A stretch of 64,000 nt of DNA. It comes from Paraspadella gotoi. Taxonomy: Eukaryota; Animalia; Chaetognatha. The translations under genes were made by a program, and so were the position numbers. The notes under the pieces are model-generated. The model ran no database searches and was not told the origin of the DNA. It was given only the letters and a program-made list of their open reading frames with translations. This document shows, piece after piece, positions 12,290 to 26,862 of this stretch. The stretch's first letter is position 1. Every line of letters starts with the position of its first letter. The stretch covers positions 12,792,813 to 12,856,812 of the forward strand of contig CM119264.1 of NCBI GenBank assembly GCA_051294375.1. Direction: 5' to 3'.

Positions 12290-15200
12290 TCATACCTACA
12301 TCATACATATAATTATCTACCTCAGTATAGCGCTGTTCTATTTATCGATGCCTGAAAAGAGTTTAGCGTTTCATTTACTTGCTGTCGTTCTATTACAAAT
12401 AAGTAATTTTCCCGTAAGGCCATATGTATATTTTCGGTTAGACTCTCGTTTTTTCTCTCGATGAAATTTTAATGATGGATCTTTGTTCAAAAATTCTTCG
12501 CGAAGAGAGGAAAGAGCGGGAGAGGAGGAGAGTTGTGGAAAAGAGAGCGGGAGGAGAGAAAAACAGAGAGCAGAGTCTATTAGGGGGAACCTTCAAATTA
12601 GGTTTTTGTTCTATTGTGTTTTATCTGGATTTATATTCTGTGCGTTATAATAATAATAATCTCTTTATGATATTTAAATATAATTCTCTTTAAGAATAAC
12701 CCTCAGATAAAAAAGTTTCGCGAAATTATGAAATGAATTCTCCTATAATGATAGTGATCCTCGAATCATCAACACATGATATGAGGCTTAGCTTTTGTGT
12801 ATTTTATAGAACTCTTCCTTTACATAGTTATAATTTTGATACACTGATTTCCTTCAGAATACTTGTTACGCATAGGGTCAGATACTTTTTTGTGTTCCGT
12901 GTTTCTTACTTCTTTTTCTTATCAGTGGTTGGTTCCGTCTCTTCAAATCCTATTTTGCTCAATTGCATTTCCCGCGACCATCACAGTTATTGACTAAAAT
13001 GAAAACGCGAATTACGGAATGACGACTGAGAGACTCGCGAGACGTATCAAAGGCGACGACATAGACAGAATTGATCTACTGATGTAAATGCTAACGAATT
13101 ACACACCATTAGAATAGAGAGTCATATGAACGAAAATCTTATTCGAAGTTTATCTCACGAACAGAAGGCACTCGTGCAAAAGAGATTTGTGATTAAACAG
13201 CATATTTTAATAAATCGGTAAAGTATTCAATGAATAAAATCCTAGGTAGAGTAAAAAAAAGTCGGTGGAAGAGCTGGGGAGAAGAGAAGTTGAAAGACGA
13301 GACAAGAGAAGTAGAGGAGTGTATGATGCAAGTTTTTCGAGGAGAGAGAGAGAGAGAGGAGAGAGAAGAGAGAGAGAGGAGTACGAGAGAACTATTTTAA
13401 AGAAAAGTATTCTCCACAGTTATACAGGAGCTTATTTCAACGCGTTCTTATTAAAAATTTTTATTATCTTTAACCACATAGTATTTAATATCTTACCCAT
13501 CGACTTCTAGAAAGAAACCGGAAAACAAAGGAATTTTCACAAGTCATTTAATTTCCACTAACAACTTTTCGAACATCTTTGATTATTCCTCTAGTTATTA
13601 TTATCAAAACGAACGCATAGATAGAATTTCGAGGATCCAAAAAATTAATATGATTATGATTTCCGGTCTCCTCTGCCCGTCCGTTTGAGAGGCTCCTCGT
13701 GTATCTCTGTTGTTTTCTCTCCTCACTCTCTTCTTGTCTTCTCTATAGTCTCTTTTCTTCCTCAGCGCTACGGAATGCGGTGCTGTGCCTAAACGAGAGA
13801 GAGAGAGAGAGAGGACGTCTTATCGGAGCACGTGACTCTTCTCTGACGGACAAGGTGTTAGTTTGACAAATGATCCAATCATTAAATTTCCATCGGAGGA
13901 AAAAAACGAGAGGTAGAGCCACGTAAACGGAAGAAACAAAGGGATTATACATATGCCGCATTAGTTTCGTTTTTCCCTTTATCAAATGTCTTTGAACGCT
14001 TTCGGTTTTCTTGGAGCCGAGAAGAAAGAAGCGGAAGGAAAAACTTGCGTTTATGGCACTGTTAAAGCTATTTGCATATCTGTATCTCGATGGTAGGGAT
14101 ACCATGGATCAGTGATTGATATGGACACGACGTCGAGGAGGGCTCAGAAGAGGGTAAGTGAGGAGTGAAGAGAGTGAGAGAGTTGGAGAGAAGATGAGTC
14201 TGCGCTGTAAGTGAGTGATCTCTGTGGGGTAGTGTCAAGACGATATGACGCAATGCTCTCGCGGCATGGTAGGTAAAGATAATCAAACAGTTAGGGTGAG
14301 TTAGTTGAAAAAATAAAGTGAAGATATTGAATAGGGCGATGAGCATGGTGAAAGATAATGAGATAACCAGGATGAAAGAAGTTGGTTAGTTTGTTGAATA
14401 CATTAAAATTATAGAGAACTAAAATCAAAAGAAAGTACGAGAGATAAATTAAAAATTAAACAAATCCATTTCATAAACTATGAATAGAAAGGGACAAGAA
14501 TGATGCATGTAATGGCAGGAGGGAAATCGAGGGATAGAAAAGGACCAGACAAGAAAAAGAAAATTTGAAAAACAAATTGGAGTTATGAGGAAAAAAAAAG
14601 AAGTAAGGGACAAGGACAATGTGAGACAGAGGGGTTGAGTAGAAAATCACACGCTCACAATGTTAAGGCCACTCCGTGGAAGACGCCCAAGCGATCGGCC
14701 AAGCTTTGCACTCTTATAAAGTTCAGAATTGACGCTGGAGGATCGCAGGAACCCGGGTAAACGACTGAATCTCTTCCTCCAAAAACAAGGTACCGTTTGT
14801 GCAAGTTCTTGAAGGTTGCGGCAGGATAAAGACAGAGGGGTGGGAGTTGGGGGGAAGGTAGTTTTTAGGGAAAGATGGCGACGTTTCAAAAAATGAACCA
14901 AAGATCCGTCGGTTCGTTACGTACATTTCGACTTCGCGTGCCAAAATGCTACTCCCTTCGCTTTCCCTCCTCCGGAGCGCAGATAGCTTGCCAATAATAA
15001 GATACGAATTGCTCACAGAAAAAAAAAAAAAATACTACTCTTCGAACTCGCGAATCTCTGTTGGACATGAACTGATATCTCGAAAGATAGAGGAATCTCT
15101 GCTACTCTGACGCTCTCATCTCTCTTCTCCTTTATTCTTTCTATTCTCTACTCTCTCCTCTCATTTGCTCGTCATCATTCTCATGACCCTCTTATAGCTC

Positions 15201-16216
15201 TCATTACATTCTCTGCACATAATTAACTCAACTTTATCTACATTTCTCATACTCAACTCATAGTAATCTTACTACATCTCATCTCATTCTTATCTCTCAT
15301 CTTCTACAAATTGCCTTCATCTCTCTAAATCATCTTGTCAACATCATCCTTAATTTATCTCTATTTTCATCTCCATTTCGAATTAAACTAAAATTACCAA
15401 CTTTAAATAACTACTCACGGACGATATATGTAAATGAGCTTTTGAAGAGTATCATATTTTTATAATTAATTCCTCTCTATTACAACTACCACATAGAATA
15501 TAGGCATTACAGAAAAAGTTTATTAATTGTTGCTTTAAAACATATGCCAAAAAAATGAAATAGAGATCCCAAACCTCAAGAATGTATATTATTTAAGTAA
15601 TGCTTTTACGGAAAAAGCCATATATTCTCTGATAATAGAGCTATAGTATAAGACTAACGATAATTAAATTTTTATTTACTTTTTCCCTCAATAGTTACAT
15701 GATTTATCCCAACAAAAAGAAGAAAGGAGTACATACTATATCGCTGCTTAATTAGCTTATAACATTATATAGGGAGAGAACGCCGCATAAGCTAAAGTCA
15801 ACAGTTAATAAATAATAACAAAATATCAAAAACAGTCACACACCCGAAAAGGATCCGTTTTATGAGAACCAGATCCACCAAAAGACGTGCATTTTCACTC
15901 GCATTATTGAGTCTCCGACAGGAACCCGCTCCTACCCTGCTGGCAAAACGCGACGCTACTTATTGACATAGATTAACGAGCCACAAATAAGAAGGTCTAC
16001 AGTCTGTATAAGAGCAGAACCGCTAGAAGGGATGGTATATACGAGGGACGAGACAGAAAGAGAAAGAACACTGCCCCCTCTTGGAGGAGAAAACAGGACT
16101 CGGATGAGACGCGTCGACCGAAAACCGAAAAGATAAAAACTCCGAGAACGGGGAGAAAAGAAGAGAGATGACACGGAGAAGGGAGAGAGAGGAGGTAGTG
16201 TACACGAGATGATGAG

Positions 16217-16250
<34 letters not shown>

Positions 16251-17060
16251 CAGAGAAGGGGAGAGAGATGAAGAGAGAGAAGAGAGAAAAAAAACAAAAC
16301 CGATGAAAAAAAAGTACGAGACAGTGAGTTTCTGCGGATCGATGGGGTTTTGTTTGTGTAGTGAAAGTTTAGCACTGTTGGTGTATATAACGTGTTAATT
16401 AGTACTTTTAACTCTTTGTATTATTTCTTGTGACGTGATCTAGTATATACCGCTATGCCAGAAAGTAAAAAAATTAGCAAACAAACTAAGCTGCGCCGAA
16501 GGCGTGAAGAGATGAGTCGCAAAGTAGCCTAAAGTATAAATTTCACTAATTGCAATAAACTATTTTGCAATAAAAGAGTCAAAAGAGATGAACTAGTTAC
16601 CCAAGGACTGACTATTGCGACTATGGATAGGAGCCAAGAGGCAACAGATATATAGACAGATGAATCAATGAAAAAAAAAGCTACGATTGTACGGGGCGTC
16701 GCGATCTTCATCCACTTCTTGATCGCGTCTTCGAGCCGTCTTACTCTTTTTTTTGAGAGAGAAAAAAAATCTCAAGGGCGTTGAGTCCTCACCTTCTCTT
16801 TTTTCGTTGCACTCAATTATTCCATATGGCGATCTGTTGCGCAAATTATCAAATAAATTCAATACTGACGAAAAGCGTGAATAAAGTATTTTCCTGGATC
16901 TCTCTGTCTTATTTCGGTTGAATAAATTTCGGATCGTCTTTCTCAAAGATTTAAAATATCGAGGACCCTCGCTTGTCCAAAAAGTACCTGAAAACTCTGC
17001 TAATTTTATATTGATTATTCCTCTCTTTTGAGAAGTCCTTATTATAATATATAATCCTAT
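12290..17060 (-). repeat. Noisy inverted copy of about 9700-12230 plus 27020-27800 (probable raw-read insertion)
   Basis: 16490-16800 mirrors 9800-10100, 14640-15060 mirrors 11100-11450, and 12400-12640 mirrors 27420-27700, all with dense small indels. Confidence 0.8.
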
Positions 17061-17445
17061 ATTCTTTCTCTCTTTCGCTAACTGTGCATTGGTATTTTTT
17101 TCTATTTGGTTATACTTTTGCTTTCTTTGTTTCAGTCGTTTTTCTCTTCTCTTCTTTATGTACTGATTTTTTTTTCACCCCCTATTCGTTCCTCTTTCCC
17201 GATGAGTTTGTTCTTTCCACTTTGATCTTCCTCGTTCCGTTCTCCGTTACCTGTTATAGCGGTCTATATTTTCCCTTAGTATCCTTAGCATTTTTCTCGA
17301 TTATGCTCTTTCATGTTCTTTAAACTCTCTACCTTGCTTGTTTTTATCTGATTTGTTAGATATATTGTTGATGTTTTTTGTTATGCGTCCTTTTTGCTAC
17401 GGCTTCCTCTCTTTTGCATTNNNNNNNNNNNNNNNNNNNNNNNNN

Positions 17446-19073
17446 TCTCATCCGAGCTTCTGTTTTTTCTCCTCAAGAGGGCAGTGTTTTTCTTTTGTTC
17501 GTCCCTCGTATATAATCCTTAGCGGTTGTTTTTTACTTCTCTTGTCCGTAACTGTCAATGTAGCGTCGGTAGAGGGGGGCGGGGCGAACTCTTGGAATCG
17601 CGTCGGTTTTCGGTCTTCGGGTGGAGTTTTGTTTTTGTTATTATTATAACTGTTATTATCGGTTCTCTCTATATACTTAAGCGGATATATATGCTCTCTT
17701 TTTGGAGAAAACACAAGAAACGATTTTTCTTTTTCTGCTTAAATAATGGCTTTTTCCGAAACATTCTTTATTTATTTATTCTTTTTGGATTTTTAAAGCA
17801 ACAATTAACTTTTCTCTGTAATGCCTAATCTATTGTGTGTGTAAGAGAGGATTATTTAATATTTAACTTCAAAAGCTCATTTACATATTGTCGTGGTAGT
17901 TATTTAGTTGGTTAATTTTTTAGTTTAGTAATTATTGTTCATTTTTACATTTATTTATAGTTTAGTTATTTACTTTAGTTAGTTATTTAGTTAGTTATTT
18001 GTTCTATTATAGTCTTAATATGGTCATTATTGATTCCAGATATGTTAAGAAATCTCTCTCTCTCGTTCAGTTCATGTCGAACAGAGATTCGCGAGNNNNN
18101 NNNNNATGGCCTTTTCCGAAACATTCTTTATTTATTTATTCTTTTTGGCTTTTAAAGCAACAATTAACTTTTTTCTGTAATGCCTAATCTATTGTGTGTG
18201 TAAGAGAGGATTATTTAATATTTAACTTCAAAAGCTCATTTACATATTGTCGTGGTAGTTATTTAGTTGGTTAATTTTTTAGTTTAGTAATTATTGTTCA
18301 TTTTTACATTTATTTATAGTTTAGTTATTTACTTTAGTTAGTTATTTAGTTAGTTATTTGTTCTATTATAGTCTTAATATGGTCATTATTGATTCCAGAT
18401 ATGTTAAGAAATCTCTCTCTCTCGTTCAGTTCATGTCGAACAGAGATTCGCGAGTTCGAAGGTTTTTTTTTCGTTGCAATCGACTTTATTGGCAGCTCAT
18501 TGCCGCTCGGGAGGGAAAGCGAGGAGTTTTTGGCGCGAAGTCGATGTCGTCGCGACGTCTTTTCTTTTGACGTCGCCAGTCCCCTCCCCCCCACTCCCCC
18601 CCCTCTCTGTCTTTATCGCCGACTTCAGACGCAACTCTTGTTTTTAAGGTCAGCTTCCGGGTTCTCGATCTCCAGCGTCAATTCTGAACTTTATAAAGGT
18701 CAAAGCTTGGCCGATCGCTTGGCGTCTTCCACGAGTGGCTTAACTTGAGGGGATTTTCTACTACCACATTGCTTGTCCCTATTTTTTTTTTCTCTACTCA
18801 ATTTTGTTTTTCAATTTTTTTTTGGTTTTTTCTCGATTTCCCATCAGAATTCCTTCATAATTTCTCTCTTTTTGTTCTACTTTTCACTCCACTTCCTACC
18901 CCTTCTCCCTTTCTCTTTTCACTCCTCCTGTTTCTCTACCCCTAGTCTCTAATCGTCTTCTCCCAAGACACTCCTCATTACTCACTCCTCACTCCTCACT
19001 CCATCATCCTGATCCTGGATCCCATCGGTCCAAAGCATCTCAGCCATAAACCAAGTTTTCCCTTCCTTCTTCT
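17446..19073 (+). repeat. Direct copies of about 10460-11780, partly duplicated again across a gap
   Basis: 17446-18095 matches about 10460-11120; 18106-19073 matches about 10773-11780; bounded by N runs. Confidence 0.85.
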
Positions 19074-19192
19074 NNNNNNNNNNNNNNNNNNNNNNNNNAA
19101 AAAAAAATATTTGATTTCTCTCGCGTGTTGAGGCTCGACGCTTGTTCTTTTTACTCTATTTTTTAAAGTCTCTAGCGCAGAGGGGGTAAACG

Positions 19193-19237
<45 letters not shown>

Positions 19238-22132
19238 AGCAGAGACAGACGATTAGTTTCGTTTTACTTTAAATGTATTCTTCGGTTTTGCAGCAGAACC
19301 GAAGAAGAGAAGAAGAATGTATGGTGAGATGAAAACTTTGGACGTGCATCGCAGGAATCCAGCGATATGGAGTACCGAGTGGGATAGGAGAGAGTGAGGT
19401 GATGAGGAGAGGACTGGAGTGAGAGTGATGGATTTGTCTTGGGAGAAGACGAATAGCTAGTACTCCATGGGTGAGATAAGGAGAAACTAGGACGGAGTAA
19501 AGGAGAAAGGGAGATTAGGGTAGAAGTGCCAGTGAAAAGTAGAACAAAAGAAGAGGAGAAATTATGAAGGGAATTCTGCATGGAAATCGGTAGAAAAAAT
19601 GTTTAAACAAAAACAATAAATGAGATCTAAATCTAGATAAGAGAAAAAAGAAATAGGGATCAAGCCAATACATGTAAGGTAGTAAAAATCCCTTCAAGCT
19701 TAAGCCACTCGTGAAGACGCCAAGCCCGATTAGCCCTATAGCTCATTGACCTTTATAAATGATTCAAGAAGATTGAACGCTGGAGGATCGAGACCCGGAA
19801 AGCTGACCTTAAAAACAAGAGTTGCCGTCTGAAGCGGACGATAAGACAGAAAGAGGGGGGGAAGTGGGGGCGGAAGGGGATGGCGACGTCAAAGCAAAGA
19901 CGTCCGCCGACGACATCGACGTTCGCGCCCAAAAAACTCCTCGCTTTCCTCCCGAGCAAGGCAATGAGCTTGGCCAATAAAGTCGATTGCCCAACGAAAA
20001 AAAAACCTTCGAAAAAAGATCGCGAATCTCCTGTTGACATTAGAACTGAACGAGACGCCAGAGAGATTTCTTAACTATATACTGGAATCAATAGAAATGA
20101 CCACTATGTAAGACGTATAATAGAAACAAGATAACATAAACATAAATAAAAACTAACTAAAGTAAAGTAAACTAAACTAATAAAATAAATGTAAAAAAAT
20201 AGAACAATAATTACTAAATCTAAAAAAGTTAACCAACTAAATAACTACCACGACAAATATGTTACAATAGAGGCTATTTTGAAGGTTAAAATAAGATGGA
20301 AAATAATGCACTCATCTTCACACACACAATAGAAAATCAGGCAATTACAAAGAAAAAAAGTGAAATTGTATGCGCTAATAAGGCAAGAAACCAAAAAAGA
20401 ATAAAATAAAAGTAAAAGAATGTTTCGGAAAAAGGCACACATATCATTTAAGCACAGAAAGAAAAGGATAAACAGACGATCAGTATTCTTGTGTTTGTTT
20501 ACTCTCCAACAAAAAGAGGACAATATATATCCGCAGTTGGTAAGTTATAGAGAGAGACCATAAATAACAGTGTATAATAATTAACAAAAACAAAAACTCC
20601 ACCCGAGCACCGAAACCGACGCTGAATTCCAAGAGTTCGGCCCCGCCCCTCTAAAACCGACGGGCCATACATCAGAATACGGACAAGAGAAGAGTAAAAA
20701 ACAACCGCGCTAAGGCATATATATATACGAGCGGACGAACAAAAAGAAAAAACACATGCCATCTTGATCGGAAGAAAAAACAGAAGCCTGGATAGACGGC
20801 GTCGAGAAGACAAAGAAAGAAAAAACGAGAATCGGGGAGAAGAGAGAGAGAAGAGAGAGGGAGAGACGATAGAGAGAGAGAGAGAGAGATGAGAGAGGAC
20901 AGGAGGAGAAGAGAGAGAGGGGAGATAAGATCTTTCGAGGACGACACTAAAAGACCGAGAGAGAGAGACGAGGAGAGAGAGAGAGAGAGAGAGAAAAAAA
21001 CAAAAAACCGATGAAAAAAAAGAAAAAGCAAACTTCTGGGATCGAGGGTTTTTGTTTTTGTTGTAGTGAAGTTTAGCAGCTGTTTGGTTGTTATAACGTG
21101 TTATTATATATTTTTAATTCTTTGTTTTTTGTGCGACAGAAAAAACGACGAAAGTAAAAAAATTAGAAAAAACTAACGCCGAAGCGTGAAGTAGTCGCAA
21201 AGTAGCCTAAAGTATAAATTGTCACTAATTGCAATTAACTATTTTGCAATAAAAGAGTCAAAGAGATGAACTAGTTACCAAGGACTGGACTATTGGACTA
21301 GGATTAGAGCCAAGGCAACAAGATATATAGACAGATGAATTCAATGAAAAAAAAAAAGCTAACATTGTACGCGGGCGTCGATTTCTTCATCCACTTCTGA
21401 TCGCGTCTCGAGCCGTCTACTTCGAAGAGAGAAAAAAAATCTCAATGCGCGTTGAGTCTCGATCTTCTCACTTCTTATTTCCTTTATCTATATCTCTCTT
21501 CTTTATTTCTTTACTGCTCAAAATATCAGCGAAAACTCTGAATTTTTTAGAATCCTCTCTTGAAAAGATCCTATATATAATATATATCCTTATATTCTTC
21601 TCTCTTTCTTTCTCTATTTTAACTCCTTTCTCCCTCTATACATTTAGCCCTATTCCTCAGTCTCTTTCTCTTCTTCTCTACTTATAATATTTTTTCCTTA
21701 ATCTTTCAATCCTCATCTTAAACTCCTCTAAATTTACTCCTCCTCGCCCTCTCTTATCTCTTCTCCTTTATCTCTTCCTTTAATATTCAGATCCTAATCG
21801 ATCTCTCTTTCATTCCCTCTCCTCTCTTCGCGCTTCCTCGTTTTCCCTTCCCATTTCTCCTCCCTTTCTTTCCTTTCTCCTTCCTCCCTCTTTTTTTTTT
21901 TTTTTTCACCCAAACTCTGAAAATTTCAAGGGTTTTTTTCCGTTAATCACCGAACTTTTACGAGAAATCCATTATTTTGTCTGCTTTCGTTTGATTTCAG
22001 AAAAAAAAAAAAATTTCTCTTTTCTCTCTTTCGACGATCAATTAGTTTTCTATCTCGCAAGGATAACGACGACCACGACGACGACGAAAGTCTCGCGAAG
22101 TCTCGCGATCAAATAATTTTTTAAAAAAAATA

Positions 22133-22809
22133 ATGAAATTTGTTCGAACTCAAATGAACGGTGGCGACATCTTGCGTGGCCGACGACGTCATCGTTGACG
22201 ACGAAAGCGAACAACGACGTTTTTTTAACGTCTCGAAACTTGGAACTCCGCTCTCGAGGACGACGCACGACGACGACGAGACGACGGACGACGACGACGA
22301 CGCAAACGTCCCGCCTTCCCCCTTTGACCCTTCGACGGCGTCGATGCATCCTCGTCAGATTCGCCGACCGTCTCCCTTACGAGCGACGCGAATCCGACTT
22401 CCGTATTCGACGCCCAAACTTTTGAATATCCCGAGTCGATAGTTGGACTGGCCGATCGAATCAGTTCCGACGCCCACGTCGACAACGACAACATGAACAA
22501 CGTTTATCCTTTACAGAGACGATTACGACGCCGCCGGCCACTCGGCGCCATTCGTCGCCGCTTACAACGCCACTCTCGACGCCTATTCCTAGTAATGACT
22601 CCTCTACGTCACTTCCACTCCAATTTGCTAATCCCTCAGCGTCACGTTTTCCCGCTTCGAAGCCGACCAACGACTCCTCAACGCCAATCTCAACGTCCGG
22701 CGTCAGACTGCGTCACGGTTTCTTCGGGATTGGTTCAACGAAATCGTCGTTTCTCGTCGTCGTCGTTTGGGCGTGACCTCGAATTCCTGTCCCTCATCGT
22801 TTTGGCAGG
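22133..22809 (+). pseudogene. Frameshifted inverted copy of the GPCR first exon (probably artefact)
   Basis: ATGAAATTTGTTCGAACTCAAA..TTTTGGCAG|GT mirrors 8490-9143 with many 1-2 nt indels. Confidence 0.7.
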
Positions 22810-23137
22810 TGATTGATCCTCGTAATGTCTCTCCTCTCTCTCTCTCTCTCTCCTCTCTCTCCTCTCTCTCTCTCTCTCCTCTCTCTCTCTCGTCTCTCTC
22901 TCTCCTCTCTCATCATCTCTCTCTCTCTCCATCTCTCTCCTCTCTTTCTCTCCTTCGTGCTCGAAATTCTATTCTCGTTGTAAAATAAAATGGAAATCAA
23001 ATTTCGAAGTTGAGGGAAAAATTGACGGAAATTCTTTGTTTCCGGTTTCGTAAGTGATGGAAATTTATGGGAGAAAATTTGCGTTTACTTTTGCGTGATC
23101 TCTCTCTCTCTCNNNNNNNNNNNNNNNNNNNNNNNNN

Positions 23138-23210
<73 letters not shown>

Positions 23211-23442
23211 TCACGCAAATAGGAACGCAAATTTTCTCCCATAAATTCCATCACTTACGAAACCGAAACAAAGAATTTCCGTCAATTTTTCCCTCAACTT
23301 CGAAATTTGATTTCCATTTTATTTTACAACGAGAATAGAATTTCGAGCAAAAAAAAATATTTGATTTCTCTCGCGTGTTGAGGCTCGACGCTTGTTCTTT
23401 TTACTCTATTTTTTAAAGTCTCTAGCGCAGAGGGGGTAAACG

Positions 23443-23487
<45 letters not shown>

Positions 23488-26185
23488 AGCAGAGACAGAC
23501 GCATTAGTTTCGTTTTACTTTAAATGTTTTACCTTCGGTTTTGGAGCAGAAGAAGAAGGAAGGGAAAACTTGTTATGGCTGAGATGCTTTGGACCCGATG
23601 GGATCCAGGAATCCCAGGATGATGGAGTGAGGAGTTGGGAGTGAGGAGTGAGAGTGAGAGTGAGGAGTGAGGATGAGAGTGAGGAGTGATGGAGTGTCTT
23701 GGGAGAAGACGATTAGAGACTAGGGGTAAGAGAAACTAGGGGAGTTGAAAAGAGAAAGGGAGAAGGGTTAGAAGTGGCAGTGAAAAGTAGAACAAAAAGG
23801 AGAGAAATTATGAAGGAATTCTGATGGAAATCGAGAAAAAACGAAAAAAAAATTGAAAAACAAATTGATAGAGAAAAAAAAATAGGGATCAAGCAATGTG
23901 GTAGTAAAAATCCCTCAAGTTAAGCCACTCGTGAAGACGCCAAGCGATAGGCAAGCTTTGACCTTTATAAAGTTCAGAATTGACGCTGGAGATCGAGACC
24001 CGGAAGCTGACCTTAAAACAAGAGTTGCGTCTGAAGTCGGCGATAAGACAGAGACGAGGGGGGGGAGTGGGGGGGAGGGGAGTGGGCGACGTCAAAGCAA
24101 AGACGTCGCGACGACATCGACTCTCGCCCAAAAAAAACTCCTCGCTTTCCTCCCGAGCGCAATGAGCTGCCAATAAAGTCGATTGCAACGAAAAAAAAAC
24201 CTTCGAATCGCGAATCTCCTGTTAGAATGAACTGAACGAGAGAGAGAGATTTCTTAACATATCTGGAATCAATAATGACCATATTAAGACTATAATAGAA
24301 CAAATAACTAACTAAATAACTAACTAAAGTAAATAACTAAACTATAAATAAATGTAAAAATGAACAATAATTACTAAACTAAAAAATTAACCAACTAAAT
24401 AACTACCACGACAATATGTAAATGAGCTTTTGAAGTTAAATATTAAATAATCCTCTCCTTACACACACAATAGATAGGCATTACAGAGAAAAGTTAATTG
24501 TTGCTTTAAAAATCCAAAAAAGAATAAATAAAATAAAGAATGTTTCGGAAAAAGCCATTATTTAAGCAGAAAAAAGTAAAAAATCGTTTCTTTGTGTTTT
24601 CTCCAACAAAGAGCATATATATCCGCTTAAGTTATAGAGAGAACCGATAATAACAGTTATAATAAATAACAAACAAAACTCCACCCGAAGACCGAAACCG
24701 ACGCGATCCAAGAGTTCGCCCCGCCCCCTCTACCGACGCACATTGCAGTTACGGACAAGAGAAGTAAAAAACAACCGGCTAAGGATTATATACGAGGGAC
24801 GAACAAAAAGAAAAACACTGCCTCTTGAGGAGAAAAACAGAAGCCTGGATGAGACGCGTCGACGAAACAGAAAGAAAAAACGAGACGGGGAAGAAAGAGA
24901 GAGAAGAGAGAGGGAGAGACGATAGAGAGAGAGAGAGAGAGATGAGAGAGGACAGGAGGAGAAGAGAGAGAGGGGAGATAAGATCTTTCGAGGACGACAC
25001 TAAAAGACCGAGAGAGAGAGACGAGGAGAGAGAGAGAGAGAGAGAGAAAAAAACAAAAAACCGATGAAAAAAAAGAAAAAGCAAACTTCTGGGATCGAGG
25101 GTTTTTGTTTTTGTTGTAGTGAAGTTTAGCAGCTGTTTGGTTGTTATAACGTGTTATTATATATTTTTAATTCTTTGTTTTTTGTGCGACAGAAAAAACG
25201 ACGAAAGTAAAAAAATTAGAAAAAACTAACGCCGAAGCGTGAAGTAGTCGCAAAGTAGCCTAAAGTATAAATTGTCACTAATTGCAATTAACTATTTTGC
25301 AATAAAAGAGTCAAAGAGATGAACTAGTTACCAAGGACTGGACTATTGGACTAGGATTAGAGCCAAGGCAACAAGATATATAGACAGATGAATTCAATGA
25401 AAAAAAAAAAGCTAACATTGTACGCGGGCGTCGATTTCTTCATCCACTTCTGATCGCGTCTCGAGCCGTCTACTTCGAAGAGAGAAAAAAAATCTCAATG
25501 CGCGTTGAGTCTCGATCTTCTCACTTCTTATTTCCTTTATCTATATCTCTCTTCTTTATTTCTTTACTGCTCAAAATATCAGCGAAAACTCTGAATTTTT
25601 TAGAATCCTCTCTTGAAAAGATCCTATATATAATATATATCCTTATATTCTTCTCTCTTTCTTTCTCTATTTTAACTCCTTTCTCCCTCTATACATTTAG
25701 CCCTATTCCTCAGTCTCTTTCTCTTCTTCTCTACTTATAATATTTTTTCCTTAATCTTTCAATCCTCATCTTAAACTCCTCTAAATTTACTCCTCCTCGC
25801 CCTCTCTTATCTCTTCTCCTTTATCTCTTCCTTTAATATTCAGATCCTAATCGATCTCTCTTTCATTCCCTCTCCTCTCTTCGCGCTTCCTCGTTTTCCC
25901 TTCCCATTTCTCCTCCCTTTCTTTCCTTTCTCCTTCCTCCCTCTTTTTTTTTTTTTTTTCACCCAAACTCTGAAAATTTCAAGGGTTTTTTTCCGTTAAT
26001 CACCGAACTTTTACGAGAAATCCATTATTTTGTCTGCTTTCGTTTGATTTCAGAAAAAAAAAAAAATTTCTCTTTTCTCTCTTTCGACGATCAATTAGTT
26101 TTCTATCTCGCAAGGATAACGACGACCACGACGACGACGAAAGTCTCGCGAAGTCTCGCGATCAAATAATTTTTTAAAAAAAATA

Positions 26186-26862
26186 ATGAAATTTGTTCGA
26201 ACTCAAATGAACGGTGGCGACATCTTGCGTGGCCGACGACGTCATCGTTGACGACGAAAGCGAACAACGACGTTTTTTTAACGTCTCGAAACTTGGAACT
26301 CCGCTCTCGAGGACGACGCACGACGACGACGAGACGACGGACGACGACGACGACGCAAACGTCCCGCCTTCCCCCTTTGACCCTTCGACGGCGTCGATGC
26401 ATCCTCGTCAGATTCGCCGACCGTCTCCCTTACGAGCGACGCGAATCCGACTTCCGTATTCGACGCCCAAACTTTTGAATATCCCGAGTCGATAGTTGGA
26501 CTGGCCGATCGAATCAGTTCCGACGCCCACGTCGACAACGACAACATGAACAACGTTTATCCTTTACAGAGACGATTACGACGCCGCCGGCCACTCGGCG
26601 CCATTCGTCGCCGCTTACAACGCCACTCTCGACGCCTATTCCTAGTAATGACTCCTCTACGTCACTTCCACTCCAATTTGCTAATCCCTCAGCGTCACGT
26701 TTTCCCGCTTCGAAGCCGACCAACGACTCCTCAACGCCAATCTCAACGTCCGGCGTCAGACTGCGTCACGGTTTCTTCGGGATTGGTTCAACGAAATCGT
26801 CGTTTCTCGTCGTCGTCGTTTGGGCGTGACCTCGAATTCCTGTCCCTCATCGTTTTGGCAGG
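26186..26862 (+). pseudogene. Second frameshifted inverted copy of the GPCR first exon (probably artefact)
   Basis: Same sequence and same indels as 22133-22809. Confidence 0.7.

Noticed and set aside
22133-26862. A cluster of GPCR paralogs
   Set aside because: Only exon 1 is present, and both copies share the same read-error-like indels; treated as redundancy.
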